Below are positions 17,684 to 26,487 of a stretch of 64,000 nucleotides of DNA, piece by piece. The translations under genes were made by a program, and so were the position numbers. Position 1 is the stretch's first letter. Every line of letters begins with the position of its first letter. Source of the DNA: an uncultured Anaerolineales bacterium (GTDB taxonomy: Bacteria > Chloroflexota > Anaerolineae > UBA1429); the NCBI GenBank assembly GCA_964482225.1, contig CAYZWT010000023.1, positions 113-64,112 of the forward strand. The letters run 5' to 3'. The notes below the pieces were generated by a model. That model saw only the letters and a program-made list of their open reading frames with translations, was not told the DNA's origin and did no database searches.

Positions 17684-18040
17684 TTACGCATCCGGCTCGT
17701 CGGTGAGATGGTACCCGCAGTGCGGGCAGATCCGCCAGTCGGGCTGGGCGCGCCGATGGCACCGGGGGCAGACAGTCAAGGCCCCGTCCGTCGCCCGGGG
17801 CGCGCCCGCTGCTTGCACCAGCCAGACAACGCCCAGCAAGAGCAGAATCAACAGCCCGGCGGGAATCAACAGCATCAAGATCATACCGAACCATCCAAAG
17901 CCCATCATGCCTGGCCCCATTCTCCATCCTGTCACATAGCCTCTGCCGGATAGGGCGAGTAGCGAAACCGCCGCGAGCCCGACCAGCAGCAGCGTGATTA
18001 CGACAGCCCCAACAACATATATCCAACTAACTCTTGTCAT
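17684..18040 (-). CDS. Membrane protein with a C-terminal CPxC...CPxC zinc ribbon
   Basis: MTRVSWIYVVGAVVITLLLV... (TM segments), then CPRCHRRAQPDWRICPHCGY. Confidence 0.5.
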   Translation of the reverse strand: MTRVSWIYVVGAVVITLLLVGLAAVSLLALSGRGYVTGWRMGPGMMGFGWFGMILMLLIPAGLLILLLLGVVWLVQAAGAPRATDGALTVCPRCHRRAQPDWRICPHCGYHLTDEPDA

Positions 18041-18134
18041 CTGGCCACGCTCCAAACTGTGAAACTGGCGCGCCAGGCCTGCGTCTGGCGCATCGCTCTT
18101 TGCCCGTGGATGGACGCGCCTGTGCATGTACAGG

Positions 18135-18557
18135 CTATGCCTCGATGATGCGGGCTATCCGCGAGAGAGGGTGGCCCTTGGCCTGCACATCCAGGGTGTT
18201 GAACCAGCCAAAGGGGGTGCGCACAACAGACATCCCCTTGTCTCGCAGTTCCTTTTCCATCAGTTGCAGCACCTGCACCGCCGTCGCCGGCCGGCCAAGC
18301 TGGCCGAACAGGTGTGCAAAGGGATGCAGCACGAGGGTCTCTACTTTGAGATTGGCGGCATGGGCGGCGATCTCGGCGACGGCCTTTTGGGCTACCTCCT
18401 CGGGCGCTGCCTCGTCCCCCTTTTCGACGCTGATCAACAGCAGCAATGCCTCCTCGGCCACGGTCTCCGGGTCGTCGTACTCTTCCACCACGGGCGAACG
18501 CCCTCGCTCGGTGATGCTGCATCGAAAACGATCCACGTGCCACGCCAAAAAACGCAT
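18135..18557 (-). CDS. Free-standing archaeal-type threonyl-tRNA synthetase editing domain (tRNA-Thr_ED-like) homologue
   Basis: MRFLAWHVDRF...LLLISVEKGDE...LVLHPFAHL...TPFGWFNTLDVQAKGHPLSR parallels the Pyrococcus ThrRS N-terminus (AFISVEKVDE/YPFAHLS/APFGYYKAF.ISCKGHPL). RBS GGAGGAG. Confidence 0.6.
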   Translation of the reverse strand: MRFLAWHVDRFRCSITERGRSPVVEEYDDPETVAEEALLLLISVEKGDEAAPEEVAQKAVAEIAAHAANLKVETLVLHPFAHLFGQLGRPATAVQVLQLMEKELRDKGMSVVRTPFGWFNTLDVQAKGHPLSRIARIIEA

Positions 18558-18642
18558 AGCTCTCCTCCTCTGCTGCATACCCGCCCACGCCCCATAGCCG
18601 ACCCCGCAATGGAGGGGTGGCTCCAGCCAGGGCGTTCATAAG

Positions 18643-18670
18643 ATTGAGTTTTTCAATCTATTAACTCAAT
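18643..18670. promoter_or_regulatory. 8-bp inverted repeat (ATTGAGTT-N12-AACTCAAT) in an AT-rich promoter island
   Basis: Perfect inverted repeat inside a ~70-nt AT-rich stretch, upstream of the editing-domain gene (minus strand). Confidence 0.35.
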
Positions 18671-18761
18671 AATAGTGCAAGTAAACTCTGCTGTCAAGCA
18701 AATCTGTGGGTGGCTCGTCGGGAGCGGAGGGGCGCGCCCGCGCGTCTGGCGGCCTGGCGCG

Positions 18762-19382
18762 CTACTGAGACTGGCCCTGGTCGGGGTCCTCCCAGTTCTG
18801 GTTGATCTGCACCAGGCGCACGATGCTGGCGCCCCAGAGGACGGCGGCGGTGCCCAGCCCCGCGATGACGTTCATGCCGCCGTTCGAGAGCGCAGTCGTT
18901 TGGGGGACCCAGTAGATGGCGCCGCCGGCAATCGCGATCATCAGCCCGCCGATGAGGTACTCGCCCGGGGTGCGGTGGATGGCGGCCAGCGCGACAAAGT
19001 GCAGGCCGACCGCCAACGAGGTGGCCGCCGCGATATAGGCATGTTGGTTGCTCAGAATCAGCGCCGCACTGATGCCGGTGATCAGGAACCCCTGGGCGCT
19101 GATCACCCGATGGGAGCACCGCGCACGGCGCTCGCGCTCGCGCTGCTGCTCCTCCGACACCGTATCCTCTTCCAGCCCATTGGCCCGCTGCAATCCCCGA
19201 AAGCCCAAGATCAGCAGCGCGCCGGTGATGGCCCCCAGAGCGATGTTGAGCCAGGGCGCACCCCACGGGCGCAGCTCCAACGCACCCACCAGTGCCCATG
19301 CGGCGCCCAAGGCTACATAGAGCAAGGCGCCGCCAGCGGCGTGTACAGCGCGGTAGCGGGGCGGCAAGGTGATGTCGGCCAT
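18762..19382 (-). CDS. Hypothetical polytopic membrane protein
   Basis: Six predicted hydrophobic helices and a charged loop EEQQRERERRAR. No family recognised. Confidence 0.45.
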   Translation of the reverse strand: MADITLPPRYRAVHAAGGALLYVALGAAWALVGALELRPWGAPWLNIALGAITGALLILGFRGLQRANGLEEDTVSEEQQRERERRARCSHRVISAQGFLITGISAALILSNQHAYIAAATSLAVGLHFVALAAIHRTPGEYLIGGLMIAIAGGAIYWVPQTTALSNGGMNVIAGLGTAAVLWGASIVRLVQINQNWEDPDQGQSQ

Positions 19383-19521
19383 TGGCTATCCTCATGTATG
19401 CGCGGTAAAAGGGATCAGTTCACGCCTATTGTGGGCCAGGGGCGGGCGCTTGTCAAGCGCGTGGCGCAAGCGCATGCTAGAACGCGACCGCCCCTGGTCT
19501 CGCCCGTTCGAAAACAGGCGC

Positions 19522-20685
19522 TCAGTCCCCGTCCGCGATGCGGTTCTCCCAGATATAGTCCCAGTTGAGCTGGTAGCCCATGCCGGGCGCCTGGGGCAGG
19601 TGCACATAGCCCTGATCGTCCATTGGGTCGCCGATGGCGTGCAGATAGGGCGGCGGCGTATCATAGTCCACGCCGGGGGCCACCAGCCCGCGCTCATAGT
19701 ACTCCGAGACGTCCTCGCTGATGGCGCCGAGGCACTGGAGGTTGGCGAACCCGCTCATGTGGATTTCACAGCGCACACCGAAAGCCTCGCACACGGCGGC
19801 CAGCTTTTTGACGCCGGTGATGCCGCCGCGCAGCACGTCTATGCGGCTCATGTCCGAAGCGCCGCGCAGGATCCAATCGGCGCGGGTGTACAGGCTGCCG
19901 GCGGCGATCTCGGGCGAGAGCACAGGAATGGTCAACTCCTGGCAGAGCTTGATATAGGACTGGACGCGATACTCGGGCATGGGATGCTCGTACCAATAGA
20001 ACCCCAGCCGCTCCAGGGCGCGCCCCACCTTGATCGCGTCCTCGTAGGTGCGATAAGTGCCCCAGGGGTCAAAGGAGAGCACCATGTCTTCGCCCACGGC
20101 CTCGCGGATGGCCTCACAGGCGGCGATATCCTGGTCGGTGTGAGAGGGACGCCCGGGGTCGGGCTGGCCCGTCACCGGATCGTAGAAATAGTAGGGGTGA
20201 ATCTTGTAGTGGGTATAGCCTCGCGCCCTGCACTCCAGGGCGTGGGCGGCGTATCCCTCAGGGGTGGCCATGTTGGGGTAGGTGCTGGCATAGGCTTTGA
20301 CCTTGTCGCGGGCGCCCCCCAGCAGCTTGTAGAGGGGCAGTCCATAGGCGCGGGCATGCAGGTCCCATAACGCCATATCCACCACGCTGAGCAGGTTTTC
20401 CTTGCTGTTGCGGGTCCACATCCAGTGCCAGAACGTCTCACGGTCAAAGGGGTCCTGGCCCAGGAGCATGGGCTTGAACATCCGCTCCAAAGCGCGGCGG
20501 TCGTCGGGCAGCAGGCCGTCCTGGTCGCCGTGGCCCTCGCCGCCCAGGTAATAGCCCTCCAGACCCTCGTCGGTCTGGATGCGTGTCAGGGTCTGGATGC
20601 CCATGACGGGGTCCAGCACGCGCCCGTGGCGAAAGGGCCGGAACGGAACGCGAAAGGGGATGACCTGCAAATCGGTGATCTTCAT
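19522..20685 (-). CDS. Enolase-superfamily enzyme (mandelate racemase/muconate lactonizing enzyme family; sugar-acid dehydratase/cycloisomerase-like)
   Basis: N-terminal capping domain plus TIM barrel with metal-binding D/E/D spacing (SFDPWG...YWYEHP). RBS GGAGGCA. Confidence 0.85.
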   Translation of the reverse strand: MKITDLQVIPFRVPFRPFRHGRVLDPVMGIQTLTRIQTDEGLEGYYLGGEGHGDQDGLLPDDRRALERMFKPMLLGQDPFDRETFWHWMWTRNSKENLLSVVDMALWDLHARAYGLPLYKLLGGARDKVKAYASTYPNMATPEGYAAHALECRARGYTHYKIHPYYFYDPVTGQPDPGRPSHTDQDIAACEAIREAVGEDMVLSFDPWGTYRTYEDAIKVGRALERLGFYWYEHPMPEYRVQSYIKLCQELTIPVLSPEIAAGSLYTRADWILRGASDMSRIDVLRGGITGVKKLAAVCEAFGVRCEIHMSGFANLQCLGAISEDVSEYYERGLVAPGVDYDTPPPYLHAIGDPMDDQGYVHLPQAPGMGYQLNWDYIWENRIADGD

Positions 20686-20706
20686 GCGCGATGCCTCCTT
20701 CTGCTC

Positions 20707-21498
20707 TCACACCTTTTGCGCCCAAAAGATCGCCCGGGGCGCGTCGGGCGTGTAGGGGCGGCCATCGCGGGCGCCGTAGGTAGCCCGCATGCGGAACCCA
20801 TTGGCGGCAAGCCAGCCCGCCATCTCATCATAGCTCGGTGGGTGCTTTTGCTCGCAGAGGATCTTGCGCAGGGGGGCGCCATCCGGGCGGGTGATCTCGA
20901 TCTCGCGGCAAAAGCGCGCCAGGCGGCGCGGGGCGTCGTACCAGACCGTCCGAGAGGTGGCCTCGACGCGGGTTCCGTCGGCGCACACGCCGCGCGGAAA
21001 GGCAGGCCCCGCGACCGGATTGCGCCAAGCGGGGTCTAGCTCGCCCTCCATATGGTTGTTGTCCAGATACAGATGGCCGCCCGGCAGCAGCGCCCCGGCA
21101 GCGCGGGCGATGCAGGCGGCCTGCTCCTCGACGGTCGCCAGTTCGTACAGGCAGTTGCCGCCCAGGATCACCAGATCGTGACCGGTGGGCCAAGCGGCAT
21201 GCAGCACATCCGCCTGCGTCAGCGTCACCCGCCCTTGTGCGGCGGGCGGCAGCTCGGCCAGCTTGGCGCGGGCGCGCGCCAGCATGGCGGCGGCGCGATC
21301 CAGGCCCACCAGCGTGTGGCCGTCGGCGGCCAAGGGCAGCAGCATGCGTCCGGTGCCGCAAAAGGGCTCCAGGATGCGCAGCCCCTGCCGGGCGCCGATC
21401 AGGCGCCGCAGCAAGGTAACATCGTCATCGTATGTCTCACTCTGATCATAGATCTCGGCGATAGAGGGGTCCAATTCATAAGCGTGCAGGTCGTTCAT
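20707..21498 (-). CDS. Class I SAM-dependent methyltransferase
   Basis: LRILEPFCGTGRM (motif I), LVGLDRAAAML, ILGGN. Confidence 0.7.
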   Translation of the reverse strand: MNDLHAYELDPSIAEIYDQSETYDDDVTLLRRLIGARQGLRILEPFCGTGRMLLPLAADGHTLVGLDRAAAMLARARAKLAELPPAAQGRVTLTQADVLHAAWPTGHDLVILGGNCLYELATVEEQAACIARAAGALLPGGHLYLDNNHMEGELDPAWRNPVAGPAFPRGVCADGTRVEATSRTVWYDAPRRLARFCREIEITRPDGAPLRKILCEQKHPPSYDEMAGWLAANGFRMRATYGARDGRPYTPDAPRAIFWAQKV

Positions 21499-21700
21499 AG
21501 CATCACCCTGTCCTGATCCGTGGGCCTTGCGCCCGGTGCACAGCGCCAAGGGCCGCGACGCTTGACTATACGACAGGCGCGCTGGTTCGTCCAGCGCGGC
21601 GGGACGCGATTCCATTCGACAGTGTCCCCCCGGTCTGCTACAATCACCGCCGGCTGAACCGCGCCAGACTCTTGTCAGATAGGGAGCGCACGGAGGACCG

Positions 21701-22546
21701 ATGAACAGCACTCATTTCTGGATCGCCCTCGGCCTGACAACCTTTGCCGGGCTCTCCACCGGCATCGGGAGCGCCATCGCCTTTTTCTCCAAGCCCAGCA
21801 ATTACCGTTTTCTCTCTTGGGCCACCGGCTTTTCGGCAGGCGTGATGCTGTATGTCTCTTTTGTCGAGATCATGCCCAAGGCGCTAGAGGTGACCGCCCA
21901 GGTCTATGATGGCAATGGATCTGCCTGGCTGACCACCCTGGCCTTCTTTGGCGGCATTCTGCTGATCTTTGCCATTGACCAGCTCGTGCCCCACGCCGAA
22001 AACCCCCACGAGGCGCGCTCCAAGCAGGACCTGAGCGAGGTGGCCATGCACGGCCACAGCCACGGGCCCGGCGCCGAGACGACGCCGGACGCCAAGAGCC
22101 TGGAGCGCACCGGCATCTTTACCGCGTTGGCCGTGGGCATCCACAACTTTCCCGAGGGGCTGGTCACCTTTCTGGCCGCTCTACAGGACCCCACCCTGGG
22201 CGTGGCCATCGCAGTCGCCATCGCGCTGCACAACATCCCGGAGGGCATCAGCGTTTCGGTGCCGATCTACTATGCTACCGGCGACCGGCGGCGCGCCTTT
22301 TTCTGGTCGCTCTTGTCCGGCCTGGCCGAACCGGCGGGGGCGCTCTTGGGATATCTGGTGCTGCGACCGTTCCTTACGCCAGGGCTGATGGGCGTGTTGT
22401 TCGGTGGTGTGGCGGGCATCATGGTTTACATCTCGTTGGACGAGTTGCTGCCCACATCCCGCGCCTACGGCCGGGGGCATGACTCGCTGTATGGGCTGCT
22501 GGGCGGCATGGCGGTCATGGCGTTGAGCCTGCTGCTCTTGGGCTAG
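21701..22546 (+). CDS. zupT: ZIP-family divalent metal (zinc) transporter ZupT
   Basis: Eight TM segments with HNFPEG and HNIPEG motifs and a His-rich loop [17 protein letters not shown]. Confidence 0.85.
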   Translation: MNSTHFWIALGLTTFAGLSTGIGSAIAFFSKPSNYRFLSWATGFSAGVMLYVSFVEIMPKALEVTAQVYDGNGSAWLTTLAFFGGILLIFAIDQLVPHAENPHEARSKQDLSEVAMHGHSHGPGAETTPDAKSLERTGIFTALAVGIHNFPEGLVTFLAALQDPTLGVAIAVAIALHNIPEGISVSVPIYYATGDRRRAFFWSLLSGLAEPAGALLGYLVLRPFLTPGLMGVLFGGVAGIMVYISLDELLPTSRAYGRGHDSLYGLLGGMAVMALSLLLLG

Positions 22547-22666
22547 AGCAGCAGGCGCGGCCTCCCTGGCCCCATGAGGGCCGCTACGGGCTACGGGGCA
22601 GGGCTCGACAGTGCGCGGGAAGGGTGTGCATATGTGGGCGGCGTTCACCCCACGAGAGGAACGGAG

Positions 22667-23419
22667 ATGAACAAGGACCTGCTCTCGACCCCAGAGCTTG
22701 CGGCGCGTTACCCGCGTTCCGCCAAGTATGACCTGGATTGGATCATCGAGAACCATCTCGGATCACACTGCTTGTGGCTTCTCGAATCGCTGAGCACCGC
22801 CATGGAGTTGCGCCCGGGCATGCGCGTACTCGACCTCGGCTGCGGCAAGGCGATATCCTCCATCTTTTTGGCGCGGGAATTTGACGTGCAGGTCTGGGCC
22901 GCCGATCTGTGGATAGCGCCTACCGATAACTGGGAGCGCATCCGCGCGGCAGGGCTGCAAGACCAGGTCTTTCCAGTGCGCGTCGAGGCCCGCCAGATCC
23001 CCTTTGCAGAGGGTTTCTTTGATGCCCTGGTCGGCATCAACAGCCTGCAATTCTTTGGCACCGACGATTACTACCTGCATCGCCATTTGATCGGGCTCGT
23101 CAGGCCCGGGGGGCAGATCGGGATGGTCGTCCCCGGTATCCTTCACGAGTTCGAAGGGCTGGTCCCCGAGACGCTCCAACGCTACTGGCAGCCCGACTAT
23201 TACTCCTGGCACTCGCCCGACTGGTGGCGCGCCCACTGGCTGCGCAGCGGCATGGTTGACGTCGAGACGTGCGATACCTTTCCCGATGGCGAGGGGTATC
23301 AGATCTTTCGACGTTTCGAGCAAGCCATAGCCGGCGATCCGATGGTCACCCTGGACCAAGGGCGCCACATCAGCTTTGTCCGCATGGTGGTGCGCCGCAA
23401 CCCACAGCCTCAGCCGTAG
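22667..23419 (+). CDS. SAM-dependent methyltransferase (class I), hypothetical substrate
   Basis: VLDLGCGKAISSIFLAREF motif I. RBS GAGGAACGGAG. Confidence 0.65.
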   Translation: MNKDLLSTPELAARYPRSAKYDLDWIIENHLGSHCLWLLESLSTAMELRPGMRVLDLGCGKAISSIFLAREFDVQVWAADLWIAPTDNWERIRAAGLQDQVFPVRVEARQIPFAEGFFDALVGINSLQFFGTDDYYLHRHLIGLVRPGGQIGMVVPGILHEFEGLVPETLQRYWQPDYYSWHSPDWWRAHWLRSGMVDVETCDTFPDGEGYQIFRRFEQAIAGDPMVTLDQGRHISFVRMVVRRNPQPQP

Positions 23420-24357
23420 CCGAGCTGTTTCAGATAGGTCTCGTTGGTGCGCCAGTCCTTGCGCACCTTGACCCACAGCTCCACATAGACCTGCTGCCCA
23501 AAGAATGCCTCTAGCGAGGCGCGGGCCGCCGAGCCGATGCGCTTGAGCATCTCACCCCGTGCACCGATGACGATCCCCTTTTGCGAATCTCGCTCGGTAT
23601 AGATGTTGGCCGCGATATAGAGCACGCCGTTGTCTCGTTCCCTGAACTCTTGCACCAGCACCGCGATGGCGTGGGGCACTTCCTGGCGCAGATGCAGCAG
23701 CACTTGCTCGCGCACCAGCTCGGCGGCGATGAATCGCTCCGGTTGATCGGTCACCTGGTCGGCGGGATAAAAGCGCGGCCCTTCGGGCAGCCGCTCCAGC
23801 ACCAGGCCCAGCAGCGCATCGGCGCCCTGGCCATGCTCGGCGCTGAGGGCGGCCATATGATCGAACTGGCCCAAGGCGGCATAGGCGTCGCGGCGCCCTG
23901 CCAGCTCCTGCTCGGAGACCAGATCGGCCTTGTTCATCACCAGGATGGCCGGGATGCTGACGTATTGGGCCACCAGCCGCGCCACGTGCTCGTCGGCGGC
24001 GTCGGGCGGCGCGCCCAGATCCACCATGAACAGCACCAGGTCGGCATCGGGCACCGCCTGGCGCGCCGCCTCGACCATATAGTTGCCCAAGGCCGTGCGT
24101 GGACGGTGGATGCCCGGCGTATCCACAAAGATGATCTGGGCATCGTCGCGGGTGAGGATGCCCTGCAGGCGCGTGCGGGTGGTCTGGGGCTTGGGCGATA
24201 CCGCCGCCACCTTGAGCCCCATCCAGCGGTTCAGCAAGGTGGACTTGCCCACGTTGGGCTTGCCCACCAGGGCGACAAAGCCGCTCTTGTGGCCCTCGGG
24301 CAGCTCATCGGCAAAGAGGGGCGTGCTCTCGATCTCGGGGTTCAGGGTTGGTTCCAT
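23410..24357 (-). CDS. era: GTPase Era (GTP-binding domain + KH domain)
   Basis: GKPNVGKST (G1), DTPG (G3), NKAD (G4) and a C-terminal KH domain. Confidence 0.9.
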   Translation of the reverse strand: MEPTLNPEIESTPLFADELPEGHKSGFVALVGKPNVGKSTLLNRWMGLKVAAVSPKPQTTRTRLQGILTRDDAQIIFVDTPGIHRPRTALGNYMVEAARQAVPDADLVLFMVDLGAPPDAADEHVARLVAQYVSIPAILVMNKADLVSEQELAGRRDAYAALGQFDHMAALSAEHGQGADALLGLVLERLPEGPRFYPADQVTDQPERFIAAELVREQVLLHLRQEVPHAIAVLVQEFRERDNGVLYIAANIYTERDSQKGIVIGARGEMLKRIGSAARASLEAFFGQQVYVELWVKVRKDWRTNETYLKQLGYG

Positions 24358-24402
24358 TTTTCAGCCTTTGCTTGAGGTGATCGGGCGCGGCGCGCCCCCG
24401 GC

Positions 24403-25044
24403 TTATAGTTCGGTGGTAAAGGGGCTAAAGTTGGTGCGGTCGTCGTAATAGTCCTCGCGCTCGGCGCGCTTGAGGCCGTTCACGAGTCGGTAGGTCACGG
24501 GCGTCATCAGCGCCTCCAGGCCGCACTTGAATAGATAGTTCGAGACGATCACGGACCAGAGCAGCGCATCGGGCCACAGGCCGTAAAAGGCGATGGCGAC
24601 GAATAGGACGGTATCCACCCCCTGGCCCACCAGGGTCGAGGCGACGGTGCGCGTCCACAGCCAACGGCCATGGGTCATTACCTTCATGCGGGCCAGCACC
24701 CACGAGTTGGAAAAGCTGCCCGCGAAATAGGCGACCAGGCTGCCGGCCACGATGCGGGGCGTGGCGCCCAGGATGGCCTCATAGGCGGCCTGGTTCTCCC
24801 AGCCTTCAGCGGCGGGCAGCACCCCCACCAGGGCGAACACCAACGCCATGAGCAGGTTGGCCGCAAAGCCCACATGGATCACGCGGCGCCCCCGGGCATA
24901 GCCATAGACCTCGGTCAGGATATCGCCAAAGATATAGCTGATGGGAAAAAGGATGGTGCCGCCATCAAAGGTAAAAGGGCCGAGCACCAGAAACTTGGTC
25001 GAGGCCACATTGCTGATCAACAGCACGGTGACGAACGCGGCCAT
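24403..25044 (-). CDS. yhhQ: Queuosine-precursor transporter YhhQ/DUF165 family
   Basis: ILTEVYGYARGRRVIHVGFAANLLMALVF matches the YhhQ core. Confidence 0.7.
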   Translation of the reverse strand: MAAFVTVLLISNVASTKFLVLGPFTFDGGTILFPISYIFGDILTEVYGYARGRRVIHVGFAANLLMALVFALVGVLPAAEGWENQAAYEAILGATPRIVAGSLVAYFAGSFSNSWVLARMKVMTHGRWLWTRTVASTLVGQGVDTVLFVAIAFYGLWPDALLWSVIVSNYLFKCGLEALMTPVTYRLVNGLKRAEREDYYDDRTNFSPFTTEL

Positions 25045-25091
25045 GATCAGGTCATAGTAGCGATAGATGCGCTGGGGCGTATGCGCCCGGT

Positions 25092-26012
25092 TCACAGGCC
25101 CCCCTCGGCTTCCAGCATGCGGCAAAAGGCGCACACGGCGTTGGCCGTGGTGGGCTGGCCGCAGCGCGCGCACACCTCAAACTCGGCGGCCTCGCCCTCG
25201 GCCACGATAAAGCCCTCCTGGCGGGCCCGCACGAACCCCTGGTAGTACTGGAGCTTGGCGCCGGGCGAGCGCCGCTCCAAGTCGTTCAGGATGCCCTTGT
25301 GAAAGATCGAGGTGGCCCCCTGGGCATACGGGCACTCACGCTGAACGTATGCGATGCCGCGCACCAGGGTATAGGCGGCGCTTTCCCGCTCGTAAAGCAG
25401 GCAGAGCGGCTTGGCCTTGCGGACCAGCCCGCCGCCGGCGGCCTCCGGCAGCACCGGCGCCTGCCGCTGCAAGTAGCCGCGCACCCAAAACAGATTGTTC
25501 TGCAGGAGCTGGGCGGCCTCGTCGTCCAGGTTGTGGCCCGTGACGATGGCGGCATAGCCGCCCTCGCGGGCCGTGCGGTTCATGATGTAGCGCTTGATCA
25601 TGCCGCAACTGGAGCAGGCCCGGCGCCCACGCCCGTGCGCCAGCTCGGGGATCGAGCGTCCGTAGCGTTGGGCCACGTTGACGATCTGCAGTGTCGCTTC
25701 GGGGCGCGTCGCGGCATAGGCCGTGGCATAGGACTGGGAGATATCGGAATAGCCCTCGTGCTCGATGCCCAGGTGAATATACAGCCCATCGGCCTGGTAG
25801 CCCAGGCGCAGGAGGATATCCCAGAGGGCGAGGCTATCTTTGCCGCCCGAGACCGCCACCAGCAGCCGGTCGTCGGGCGCAAACATCTCGTAGGACTCGA
25901 TGGTGCGGGCCACCCGCCGCTCGACCCACGCGACATAGTGCTCCTCGCACAGCTTGAGCCGGTGCTGAGGCATAGAGATAGCCGCCACCTCGCCGCAGAG
26001 CTGGCAGCGCAT
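25092..26012 (-). CDS. ttuA: TtuA/NcsA-type tRNA 2-thiolation PP-loop ATPase with N- and C-terminal zinc fingers
   Basis: CQLCGE...C Zn finger, SGGKDS PP-loop, central CSSCG, C-terminal CARCG...CAFC. Confidence 0.7.
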   Translation of the reverse strand: MRCQLCGEVAAISMPQHRLKLCEEHYVAWVERRVARTIESYEMFAPDDRLLVAVSGGKDSLALWDILLRLGYQADGLYIHLGIEHEGYSDISQSYATAYAATRPEATLQIVNVAQRYGRSIPELAHGRGRRACSSCGMIKRYIMNRTAREGGYAAIVTGHNLDDEAAQLLQNNLFWVRGYLQRQAPVLPEAAGGGLVRKAKPLCLLYERESAAYTLVRGIAYVQRECPYAQGATSIFHKGILNDLERRSPGAKLQYYQGFVRARQEGFIVAEGEAAEFEVCARCGQPTTANAVCAFCRMLEAEGGL

Positions 26013-26077
26013 GATCGGGTGCGATCTCTCGCGTCTGCGGGGCGCGGTCGCCGGCGTGTGCGTGTCCTGATTCAGTG

Positions 26078-26284
26078 TCAGCCCCCCGAGATGACGTTCA
26101 CCAACAAGATCTCGTCCTCGGGCTCGATGGTGGTCTGGTGGTTGACGAGCTTCTTCTCGCGGATCGCCAATACCGACTGGGGATCCAACCCCACCTTTTC
26201 GATGGCATGGCGGATGGTCATGCCGCTGTGGATCTGCCATTCCTGTTCGTGATACCTGAGGGTGGCCGTGTGATGATCGCCCAT
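26078..26284 (-). CDS. ttuB: ThiS/MoaD-like ubiquitin-fold sulfur-carrier protein ending in Gly-Gly (TtuB-like)
   Basis: 68-aa product ending ...LLVNVISGG. RBS GGAGAG. Immediately upstream of ttuA on the same strand. Confidence 0.6.
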   Translation of the reverse strand: MGDHHTATLRYHEQEWQIHSGMTIRHAIEKVGLDPQSVLAIREKKLVNHQTTIEPEDEILLVNVISGG

Positions 26285-26487
26285 GACTCTCTCCGGTGGA
26301 TTCTATAGTAGATACGTTGATTTTAGAGGGAACGCGCAGCGCCGTCAACTGCGAGCGCGGCGCCGCCGGTTTCGGGCATCGCCCAGGTGCACGCAGTGCA
26401 ACGTTGCCCCTATCTCAGAATGCCCCCCGTTCGGCTGCTTTGACAGCCCTCCCCCCTTTCGGTATCATCGTCTCAGGGCATGATGCG

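Noticed and set aside
19369-20370. 333-aa + strand ORF
   Set aside because: It is antisense to the enolase-superfamily gene, which has clear catalytic motifs, so it is a shadow ORF.
23581-24375. 264-aa + strand ORF
   Set aside because: It is antisense to era (GTPase motifs G1-G4 are present on the minus strand).
25299-26252. 317-aa + strand ORF
   Set aside because: It is antisense to ttuA/ttuB.
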